From: Geotalea uraniireducens Rf4
GTDB taxonomy: Bacteria > Desulfobacterota > Desulfuromonadia > Geobacterales > Geobacteraceae
Direction: 5' to 3'
DNA length: 32,000 bases
NCBI RefSeq assembly: GCF_000016745.1
Contig: NC_009483.1
Coordinates: forward strand, 1,140,001-1,172,000
Shown here: in pieces, positions 18,161 to 24,876 of the stretch
Numbering within the stretch: position 1 is the first letter of the stretch
Layout of the letters: each line of letters starts with the position of its first letter
The notes under the pieces: model-generated
What the model was told of the DNA's origin: nothing
Seen by the model: only the letters and a program-made list of their open reading frames with translations
The model's database searches: none
Made by a program: the position numbers and the translations under genes

Positions 18161-18985
18161 ATGAAGTCCCGTCTGCTCCTTTTCACCCTGCTGTTTTCCC
18201 TTGTCTGCGCCGTTTCCGCCAATGCCGCACAACCCGAGCTAAAGAAGAATACGCCGGTCTTAAGCCAGGCTGTGAACGTCCCCATTCTCCTCTATCACCG
18301 CTTCGGTCCTACCGTGGCCGATGGCATGACCATTACCACGTCGGTGTTCGAGTCCCACCTCAAATATCTCCGGGATAACGGCTACAAAGTCATCCCCCTG
18401 CGCCAATTGGTTGATTACTACCAGAAGAAGGGGCCGGCGCCTGCGCCGAAATCAGTGGTCATCGTCGAGGATGACGCCCATAAGACCGTTTACAGCGACA
18501 TGCTGCCGCTGGCAAAGAAGTATAACGTGCCGGTGACGGTCTTCGTCTACCCATCGGCCATATCCAACGCCAAATACGCCATGACCTGGGACCAGCTCCG
18601 CGCATTGAAGAAAACCGGGCTGTTCGAAGTCCAGTCCCACACCTACTGGCACCCGAATTTCAAGCGGGACAAAAAGAAAATGAAACCGGCCGAGTTCGAG
18701 AAGTCGGTGGACGTGCAGCTGCGGAAATCCAAGGCAAAGCTGGAAAAGGAGCTGGGAATATCGGTGGACATGCTCGCCTGGCCGTTCGGCATCTATGACG
18801 ATTATCTGCTGAAAAAGGCGGCCGAAGCGGGATACAAGGTCACCTTCACCATAGAGCGCCACCATGCCGGTGCTACTGATTCGGTCATGAAACTCCCCCG
18901 TTATCTGCTCATAAATGCCGACCAGGGTAAGGCGTTCGCCCAGATCCTGGCGGGAACTGCGCCCAAGCGGAATATCGCCTATTGA
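18161..18985 (+). CDS. secreted polysaccharide deacetylase (NodB-homology) family protein
   Basis: 274 aa. Signal peptide MKSRLLLFTLLFSLVCAVSANA. ILLYHRF, VVIVEDDAHK, FEVQSHTYWH and LAWPFG are present. SD GGAGG. Confidence 0.8.
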   Translation: MKSRLLLFTLLFSLVCAVSANAAQPELKKNTPVLSQAVNVPILLYHRFGPTVADGMTITTSVFESHLKYLRDNGYKVIPLRQLVDYYQKKGPAPAPKSVVIVEDDAHKTVYSDMLPLAKKYNVPVTVFVYPSAISNAKYAMTWDQLRALKKTGLFEVQSHTYWHPNFKRDKKKMKPAEFEKSVDVQLRKSKAKLEKELGISVDMLAWPFGIYDDYLLKKAAEAGYKVTFTIERHHAGATDSVMKLPRYLLINADQGKAFAQILAGTAPKRNIAY

Positions 18986-18988
18986 TGC

Positions 18989-19142
18989 GAGGAAAGAGGA
19001 GCGAGGTTCTAGGAACGAGGAGTGAGGAACGAGGCCGAACAGGTTCTCCTCGAACCTCAAACCTCTAACCTCTAACCTCTAACCTCTAACCTCTAACCTC
19101 TAACCTCTAACCTCTAACCTCTAACCTCGTTCCTCTTTCCTG
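18989..19142. repeat. period-7 palindromic array (GAGGNNN arm / NNNCCTC arm with 9x TAACCTC)
   Basis: The left arm is GAGGAAA GAGGAGC GAGGTTC TAGGAAC GAGGAGT GAGGAAC GAGGCCG. A central hairpin pairs AGGTTC with GAACCT (19041..19057). The right arm is GAACCTC AAACCTC, 9x TAACCTC (19066..19128), GTTCCTC TTTCCTG. The outer 17 nt (18990..19006 versus 19125..19141) are complementary at 16 of 17 positions. Confidence 0.9.
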
Positions 19143-19149
19143 GAATCTT

Positions 19150-19332
19150 ATGCAGTCTGAAGATAAAAACCCCAAAAAACATCCCTGCCCGGATTGCACC
19201 TTCTGTCAGTGGTGCTCCGATGATCGTTGCCGCATGTGCCTCGGGCAGGAGGAGTGCGGCAGGCAAAAGCTTTCCTTGGCCGAGCAGATAGAGTTGTTTG
19301 AATCAATGCAACGGGGTCGGAAGGACCGCTGA
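19150..19332 (+). CDS. small cysteine-rich protein (60 aa), hypothetical
   Basis: MQSEDKNPKKHPCPDCTFCQWCSDDRCRMCLGQEECGRQK... has seven Cys in 24 residues (C-x2-C-x2-C-x2-C-x4-C-x2-C-x5-C). G+C-rich third positions resemble the neighbouring genes. The SD is weak (GGAA). Confidence 0.5.
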   Translation: MQSEDKNPKKHPCPDCTFCQWCSDDRCRMCLGQEECGRQKLSLAEQIELFESMQRGRKDR

Positions 19333-19394
19333 TTGCCTCGTGTCGGCATGTCGTTGGTTTTCAAATATTTGGCGACGGCGGTGGAGAGCTGATT

Positions 19395-19410
19395 TGGCCT
19401 GGATTATGCA
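19395..19410 (+). promoter_or_regulatory. candidate sigma54 (-24/-12) promoter
   Basis: TGGCCTGGATTATGCA has the GG and GC dinucleotides at the canonical 12-nt offset and lies ~58 nt upstream of ATG 19468. This is a motif match only. Confidence 0.3.
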
Positions 19411-19467
19411 GGGCTTAGAGTAAATGCATTTGATCTCCCTATGCTTGATAACTGTACTGGAGCATCG

Positions 19468-20310
19468 ATGAAAAATCGGAAGAGGCTGGGTGAAATCTTT
19501 GTGGCAAGCGGCCTGATTACGGAGAAAACCCTGGAAAGGGCGCTGGCCCGGTCGAAACGTCAGAATAAAAAGGTCGGCATGGTGCTCGAGGAGATCGAGA
19601 TGGTAACCGGTGAGGAACTAGCGTCGGCCCTGGCCGTGCAATACGGTCACCGGGTGGTCAGCAACTTTGCCCGTTATGCGTTTCCGCCGGAACTGTTCAA
19701 GCTGATCCCGGAAGATGTGGCGATGCAGCACCTCCTCTTCCCGCTGAAAATTGAAAACAATAAGCTGGCTGTGGCAATGGCGGATCCTACTGAAACGAAG
19801 ATCGTTTCCAACATTGCCGCCAACAACGACCTGACACTCGTCCCATTTATCGCCACGCGGAGGGATATTTTCGCCGCCATTGCCAGGCATTATCTGGGGC
19901 GGGACTTGTCCGCTTCCCAGGAGAAATCGGTACTGGTGGCGGAGGACAACAAGCTCGTCTACACAATGCTCAGCAACGTCCTGAGCAAAGAGGGATACCG
20001 GGTTATCCTGGCACTGGACGGGATGGATGCCTACAAGTCGGCGATCGCTGAATCCCCACACGTCATCATCACCGACAAGGAGATGCCGAAGCTGGGCGGC
20101 TACGGCCTGTTTGACGCTTTGCGCGGATTGCCGGAAACGAGGCATATCCCGATCATACTCCTGACGGGCGATTCATCGGCTGAGGAAGAGTCACGGGCAT
20201 TCGAGAAGGGGTTTTTCGATTTCATCACCAAGCCGGTCAAAGAGGTCACCCTGGTGACGCGGGTGAAGCGGGCTTTTCAGTCGGTTGAGCGGGAGTTCAT
20301 CAATCCCTAA
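19468..20310 (+). CDS. response regulator with N-terminal MshEN / T2SSE_N-type (putative c-di-GMP-binding) domain and C-terminal receiver domain
   Basis: I prefer ATG 19468 (GGAG 5 nt upstream) over 19441. RLGEIFVASGLITEKTLERALARS and KVGMVLEEIEMVTGEELASALAVQ match the tandem MshEN motifs. The REC domain has AEDN, ITDKEMPKLGG, LLTG and KP. Confidence 0.85.
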   Translation: MKNRKRLGEIFVASGLITEKTLERALARSKRQNKKVGMVLEEIEMVTGEELASALAVQYGHRVVSNFARYAFPPELFKLIPEDVAMQHLLFPLKIENNKLAVAMADPTETKIVSNIAANNDLTLVPFIATRRDIFAAIARHYLGRDLSASQEKSVLVAEDNKLVYTMLSNVLSKEGYRVILALDGMDAYKSAIAESPHVIITDKEMPKLGGYGLFDALRGLPETRHIPIILLTGDSSAEEESRAFEKGFFDFITKPVKEVTLVTRVKRAFQSVEREFINP

Positions 20311-20324
20311 GTCCGACAGGCTCC
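20306..20324 (+). repeat. solo copy of the 19-nt arm CCTAAGTCCGACAGGCTCC (same as 4532..4550)
   Basis: This is an exact 19-mer match, 20 nt if the following T is included. The TAA stop of the MshEN-REC gene (20308..20310) lies inside it. Confidence 0.85.
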
Positions 20325-20348
20325 TGACGGCGAAGGTTCTGGCGATAC

Positions 20349-20390
20349 AACGAAAGAAGGCGGGGATGTGCATCCCCGCCTTCTTTCGTT
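20349..20390. terminator. bidirectional rho-independent terminator between convergent genes
   Basis: AACGAAAGAAGGCGGGGA - TGTGCA - TCCCCGCCTTCTTTCGTT is a perfect 18-bp stem. The outer A/T-rich stem ends give U-rich tracts on both strands. It sits between the MshEN-REC stop and the proC stop. Confidence 0.75.
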
Positions 20391-20418
20391 TCAAGGTCCT
20401 GACATTATCCATGCGTTA

Positions 20419-21231
20419 TCATTTCTTGCCGAGTTCCATGGAACGAGCGGTCGCGGCATCCACGCCGTTGATGACGGCGCTGCGGAACCCGTCCTTTTCC
20501 AGGGCGTGCATGCCGGCAATGGTTGTGCCTCCGGGGGAAGTCACCTTGTCGCGGAGCACGGCGGGGTGTTCACGGGTTTCGAGCAGGAGCCTGGCTGTGC
20601 CGAATACCGTTTGCGCGGCAAGGCCGGTGGCGATGTCGCGGGAAAGGCCGTTTTTGACCCCGGCATCGGAGAGCGCCTCGATAAAGGTGAGGACGTAGGC
20701 CGGGCCGCTGCCTGAAAGGCCGGTGACCGCATCCAGCAACTTTTCTTCCACTACCCAGGCCTTGCCCACCAGTTCGAAGATATGGCGGGTAAGGGAGATG
20801 TCGTCGCCGGTGGCGTGGGCGCCTTTGCTGATGGCGGAGGCGCCTTCCATCACCAGTGCCGGTGTATTGGGCATGACCCGCACAATCCGCGGTGTCCCCG
20901 ACAACATGGCCTCGATGGCGGTTGTAGTTATACCGGCCAGGATGGATATGATGGGCTTGTCGGGACTGATTGAGCCCTTTATGCCGTCCAGTACCTCGCT
21001 GCAGACCTGCGGCTTGACGGAGAGTATTATCACGTCACAGTCGGCTGCAACGGCATTGTTGTCATTGGAGACATTAACGCCGTAGCGCTCCCGGAGAAAT
21101 TCCCGACGCCCTGCTGCCGGCTCAGCCACCGCAAGTTCCTTTGCCGGCATGCCTCCTGCCAGGAGCCCCTTGATAAGGGCCTCTGCCATGTTACCTCCGC
21201 CAATGAAACCGATTTTCTTGTCCTTCAGCAT
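20419..21231 (-). CDS. proC: pyrroline-5-carboxylate reductase
   Basis: ORF 20419..21300. I prefer ATG 21231 (AAGGAG upstream; MLKDKKIGFIGGGNMAEA Rossmann start). The C-terminal VTSPGGTTIAG motif is present. Confidence 0.9.
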   Translation of the reverse strand: MLKDKKIGFIGGGNMAEALIKGLLAGGMPAKELAVAEPAAGRREFLRERYGVNVSNDNNAVAADCDVIILSVKPQVCSEVLDGIKGSISPDKPIISILAGITTTAIEAMLSGTPRIVRVMPNTPALVMEGASAISKGAHATGDDISLTRHIFELVGKAWVVEEKLLDAVTGLSGSGPAYVLTFIEALSDAGVKNGLSRDIATGLAAQTVFGTARLLLETREHPAVLRDKVTSPGGTTIAGMHALEKDGFRSAVINGVDAATARSMELGKK

Positions 21232-21483
21232 GGAGTATTCTCCTTTTTCCTCTGTTCTTGGGTTGTAACGCCATTTGATAGGTAATAAATCCGTGTTCAA
21301 AAGTCAATAAATTTGGATTAAGGCAAGATTCCCCACCGTTTTTTATTCCCTGCCGGTGCTTATTTTCTGTTGAAAAATGTAAAAACGGAATGCGCATATT
21401 TGCGAAAAATCAGCATTTTAATGTTTCTGCTGCGATGCGGTTTCGGTTGTTTATAAAAAATATTTTTGATGACAAAAAAAGGT

Positions 21484-21512
21484 TTGACATGCTAATTTAT
21501 ATATATTATAAA
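21484..21512 (+). promoter_or_regulatory. sigma70-type promoter for the polyamine regulator/operon
   Basis: TTGACA (21484..21489), a 17-nt spacer, then TATAAA (21507..21512), in an AT-rich intergenic region. The predicted start site is near 21519. Confidence 0.5.
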
Positions 21513-21541
21513 CCACTGCCTGCGAGTCGAAGTTAAACATA

Positions 21542-21664
21542 AAGTTTACAAATGCTAAACTTGGCGTTAGACAGAATGTTTAGAATCGCTAAACTTGTTA
21601 TTAGACAGAAAGTTTACTGTAGGTAAACTTTTCATAATACAAAATGTTTACGATTACTAAACTT
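21542..21664 (+). promoter_or_regulatory. array of four palindromic sites AAGTTTA-N7-TAAACTT spaced exactly 34 bp apart (candidate operators of the XRE-cupin regulator)
   Basis: Sites start at 21542, 21576, 21610 and 21644: AAGTTTAcaaatgcTAAACTT, ATGTTTAgaatcgcTAAACTT, AAGTTTActgtaggTAAACTT, ATGTTTAcgattacTAAACTT. The last ends 1 nt before SD GGGAGG (21665..21670) of the TTG-initiated regulator gene. Confidence 0.55.
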
Positions 21665-21675
21665 GGGAGGTTTGC

Positions 21676-22221
21676 TTGAAGATTGGCGAGAGGTTAAAGC
21701 GGCTCAGAATGATCAACTCCCTGACCCAGGAAGAGTTGGCCAGCCGCGCTGACCTTACCAAGGGTTACATTTCCCAGCTGGAAAATGATGCTACCTCGCC
21801 TTCTATTGCAACGCTGAAGGACATCATCGATGTCTTCGGCGTCAGCATGCAGGAGTTCTTCAGCGAAGTTACCGACGAGGATATCGTTTTCGGCAAGGAT
21901 GCACGGGTTCAGGCCACTGACGACGACGACAAGATCAAGGTCGAACTGCTGGTGCCCGGTGCCCAGAATCGGGAAATGGACCCGGTTCTCGTCACCCTCG
22001 ACCCCGGCGAGGAGATGGATGAGCAGCCTTTTCACGAGGGGGAGGAGTTCGGTTACGTGCTTCTCGGCAAGGTACAGTTGAAGCTGGACGACAAGCTTTA
22101 CACCGTCAAGAAGGACGAGTGCTTCTATTTTACCTCCGACAAGCGGCACACGGTGAAGAACGCCGGCAAGACCCCGGCGAAGATTTTATGGGTGGTGACG
22201 CCACCCACGTTTTATTATTGA
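21676..22221 (+). CDS. XRE-family HTH + cupin-domain transcriptional regulator (PuuR-like architecture)
   Basis: 181 aa with a TTG start after GGGAGG. The N-terminal HTH_3 is LKRLRMINSLTQEELASRADLTKGYISQLEN. The C-terminal cupin includes HEGEEFGYVLLGKV...FYFTSDKRHTVKN. Confidence 0.85.
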   Translation: MKIGERLKRLRMINSLTQEELASRADLTKGYISQLENDATSPSIATLKDIIDVFGVSMQEFFSEVTDEDIVFGKDARVQATDDDDKIKVELLVPGAQNREMDPVLVTLDPGEEMDEQPFHEGEEFGYVLLGKVQLKLDDKLYTVKKDECFYFTSDKRHTVKNAGKTPAKILWVVTPPTFYY

Positions 22222-22223
22222 TC

Positions 22224-22304
22224 GTGCTGCGTGCTGCGTTCAGCGTGCTGCGCAATGATGGTTCCGCTGCGCGGAACAAAAGTACGCTGAACGCTGAACG
22301 CACA
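22224..22304. repeat. period-7 hairpin array (GTGCTGC/GTTCAGC arm versus ACGCTGA arm)
   Basis: GTGCTGC GTGCTGC GTTCAGC GTGCTGC spans 22224..22251. An inner hairpin is GTTCCGC-tgc-GCGGAAC (22261..22277). ACGCTGA ACGCTGA ACGCACA spans 22284..22304. TGCGTTCAGCGT (22235..22246) is perfectly complementary to 22291..22302. Confidence 0.9.
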
Positions 22305-22320
22305 AGAAGGAGGCATATAT

Positions 22321-23517
22321 ATGAGCAAAGTATTGATAATCGGAGCAGGTGGAGTCGGCGGGGTCGTCACGCACAAGTGCGCCCAGGCGAAAGACGTAAT
22401 CACCGGTATCACCCTGGCTTCCCGTACGGAGTCGAAATGCAAGGCCATAGCGGCCCAGATCGACTTTCCCGTGAAGACCGCCCAGGTCAATGCCGACAAT
22501 GTGCCCGAGCTGGCGGAGCTCATCAGGAAGGAGCAGCCAAAGCTTGTTATCAACGTTGCCCTCCCGTATCAAGACCTGACCATTATGGATGCCTGTCTGG
22601 CAACGGGGGTCGATTACCTGGACACAGCCAACTACGAGCCGCTCGACACTGCAAAATTCGAGTACAGCTGGCAATGGGCGTACCAGGACCGGTTTCGCGA
22701 AAAGGGGCTCATGGCGCTTCTGGGAAGCGGTTTCGATCCGGGGGTGACAAACGTCTATACGGCCCTGGCTGCGAAAAAATACCTGGACGAGGTGCAGGAG
22801 ATCGACATCATCGATGCCAACGCCGGCAGCCACGGCCAGCCTTTTGCCACCAATTTCAATCCGGAGATCAACATTCGCGAGGTCACCGCAACCTGCCGCC
22901 ACTGGGAAAACGGCCAGTTCGTTGAGTCGCCACCGCTCTCCACCAAGCATGTCTTCGATTTCCCCGAGGGGATCGGCCCGATGAACATCTACCGTCTCTA
23001 CCACGAAGAGATGGAGTCGCTGGTCAAGCACATACCGACCATCAAGAAGGCCCAGTTCTGGATGACCTTCTCCGACAACTACCTGAAGCACCTGGAGGTG
23101 CTGCAGAACGTGGGTATGACCCGCATCGACGAGGTGGAGTTCAACGGTCAGAAAATCGTGCCGATCCAGTTCCTGAAAGCCCTGCTCCCCGATCCCGGCT
23201 CCCTGGGGCCGCTCACCAAGGGGAAGACCTGCATCGGTGTCATCGCACGCGGCATCAAGGACGGGAAGCGCAAGCAGGTCTACATCTACAACATCTGCGA
23301 CCACGAGGCGTGCTACCGGGAAGTCAAGTCCCAGGCCATCAGCTACACCACCGGCGTGCCGGCTGTGGTTGGGGCGATCATGATGCTCACCGGTAAATGG
23401 CACAAACCGGGTGTCTGGAATATGGAGCAGTTCGATCCGGAGCTGTTCCTGGAAACGCTCGGCCCCATGGGGCTGCCGACGGTTGTCGTCGACGGGGGCG
23501 AGTGGCCGGAACTGTAA
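22321..23517 (+). CDS. carboxy(nor)spermidine dehydrogenase (saccharopine dehydrogenase family)
   Basis: 398 aa. MSKVLIIGAGGVGGVVTHKCAQ Rossmann start, SD AAGGAGG, length and sequence typical of CASDH/CANSDH, and adjacency to nspC. Confidence 0.9.
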   Translation: MSKVLIIGAGGVGGVVTHKCAQAKDVITGITLASRTESKCKAIAAQIDFPVKTAQVNADNVPELAELIRKEQPKLVINVALPYQDLTIMDACLATGVDYLDTANYEPLDTAKFEYSWQWAYQDRFREKGLMALLGSGFDPGVTNVYTALAAKKYLDEVQEIDIIDANAGSHGQPFATNFNPEINIREVTATCRHWENGQFVESPPLSTKHVFDFPEGIGPMNIYRLYHEEMESLVKHIPTIKKAQFWMTFSDNYLKHLEVLQNVGMTRIDEVEFNGQKIVPIQFLKALLPDPGSLGPLTKGKTCIGVIARGIKDGKRKQVYIYNICDHEACYREVKSQAISYTTGVPAVVGAIMMLTGKWHKPGVWNMEQFDPELFLETLGPMGLPTVVVDGGEWPEL

Positions 23518-23523
23518 CGAAAA

Positions 23524-23597
23524 TGTAGGGGCGGGGTTTCCCCGCCCCATGCCTGTTAATCATTGATCATGTCGGGCGGGGGTACCCCGCCCCTACA
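23524..23597. repeat. G/C-run palindromic element (inverted TGTAGGGGCGGGG copies, each with its own GC hairpin)
   Basis: TGTAGGGGCGGGG (23524..23536) and CCCCGCCCCTACA (23585..23597) are reverse complements. Local hairpins are GGGGCGGGG-ttt-CCCCGCCCC (23528..23548) and GGGCGGGG-gta-CCCCGCCC (23574..23592). Confidence 0.85.
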
Positions 23598-23609
23598 GAA
23601 GGTTGAAAA

Positions 23610-24764
23610 TTGACCGGAATCGATATCGACAAAATCCTTGAGCTCGCCCCATCCCCTGCCTACGTGGTGGACCTGGGACGCCTCCGCCACAATCTCGCCA
23701 TCCTGGACGAAGTCCAAAAGCGGAGCGGCGCCAAGATCCTGCTTGCCCTCAAGGCGTTCTCCATGTGGAGCGTTTTCCCCATCATCAGGGAGACCCTGCA
23801 AGGGGTCTGCGCCAGCAGCCCATGGGAGGCACGCCTCGGCCGGGAGGAGTTCGGCCGCGAGGTGCACAGCTTTTCCGCCGCCTTCAAGGAGAGCGACGTG
23901 GTTGATCTCCTCGAAACCTCGAACCATCTCGTCTTCAACTCCTTCGCCCAATTGGAACGCTTCCGTCCGCTCTGGGAAAAAGAGCATGGGCGGGTGTCGG
24001 TGGGCTTAAGGGTCAACCCGGAGCATGCGGAAGGGCACACCGCCATCTACGACCCCTGCGCGCCGAAATCGCGCCTCGGCATCCGCCGCGCCGAATTCGA
24101 AGGCCGTTCCCTGAGCGGAGTCGACGGGCTTCACTTCCACACCCTCTGCGAGCAGCTCTTCGAACCACTGGAGCGGACGGCCCGTGTCTTCGAAGAGAAA
24201 TTCGGTGAATTCCTCCACGGCATGCGGTGGCTGAACTTGGGGGGCGGGCATCACATCACCCGCGAAGGTTACGACATCGACGCCCTCGTGGATCTGGTGC
24301 GCTATTTCCGCGAGAAGTATGACATCGAGGTGTATCTGGAGCCGGGTGAGGCCATCGCCATCGGCACCGGCATTCTCGTCGCCGAGGTCCTTGACGTAGT
24401 GCACAACGAGATGGAGATCGCCATTCTGGATGTCTCGGCCACCTGCCACATGCCCGACATACTGGAGATGCCATATCGGCCGGAAATCGAGGGCGGTTTC
24501 GCTGCCGGCGAGAAGGCCTGCACCTACCGCCTCGGCGGCCCTTCGTGCCTGGCGGGGGACGTCATCGGCGACTGGTCTTTCGAGGCGCCGCTGAAGGCCG
24601 GTGACCGGCTGGCCTTTCTCGACATGGCACACTACACCATGGTCAAGACCACGACCTTCAACGGCATCCATCACCCCCACATCTGCACCTTCGAACCGCA
24701 AACGGGGGAGCTGCGAATTGTCCGAAGTTTTACCTACGAGGATTTCAGGAACCGTTTGTCATAG
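23610..24764 (+). CDS. nspC: carboxy(nor)spermidine decarboxylase
   Basis: 384 aa with a TTG start. PSPAYVVDL...SGAKILLALKAFSMWSVFP and a PLP-dependent decarboxylase-fold sequence typical of NspC/CASDC. Confidence 0.9.
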   Translation: MTGIDIDKILELAPSPAYVVDLGRLRHNLAILDEVQKRSGAKILLALKAFSMWSVFPIIRETLQGVCASSPWEARLGREEFGREVHSFSAAFKESDVVDLLETSNHLVFNSFAQLERFRPLWEKEHGRVSVGLRVNPEHAEGHTAIYDPCAPKSRLGIRRAEFEGRSLSGVDGLHFHTLCEQLFEPLERTARVFEEKFGEFLHGMRWLNLGGGHHITREGYDIDALVDLVRYFREKYDIEVYLEPGEAIAIGTGILVAEVLDVVHNEMEIAILDVSATCHMPDILEMPYRPEIEGGFAAGEKACTYRLGGPSCLAGDVIGDWSFEAPLKAGDRLAFLDMAHYTMVKTTTFNGIHHPHICTFEPQTGELRIVRSFTYEDFRNRLS

Positions 24765-24773
24765 ATTTTTCTT

Positions 24774-24850
24774 CCCCCTTTGGGAAAGGGGGATCGAGGG
24801 GGATTTGCCGAAGTTGAAATCCCCCCTTACCCCCCTTTGTTAAAGGGGGG
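24774..24850. repeat. three consecutive C5/G5 hairpins
   Basis: CCCCCTTT-ggg-AAAGGGGG (24774..24792); GGGGGATTT-10 nt-AAATCCCCC (24798..24825); CCCCCCTTT-gtt-AAAGGGGGG (24830..24850). They lie between nspC and speA. Confidence 0.85.
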
Positions 24851-24876
24851 ATTCGCATTTGTAAAGGTGGTTATTA

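Noticed and set aside
15853-19128. Possibility that the repeat arrays at 15853 and 19066 are CRISPR arrays
   Set aside because: The units are 7 bp long and directly abutting with no spacers, and no cas genes are present. They are microsatellite-like arrays, not CRISPR.
22240-23550. 436-aa minus-strand ORF, and likewise 24006..24701, 24889..25581 and 25603..26556
   Set aside because: These are shadow ORFs opposite the well-supported CASDH, nspC and speA genes.
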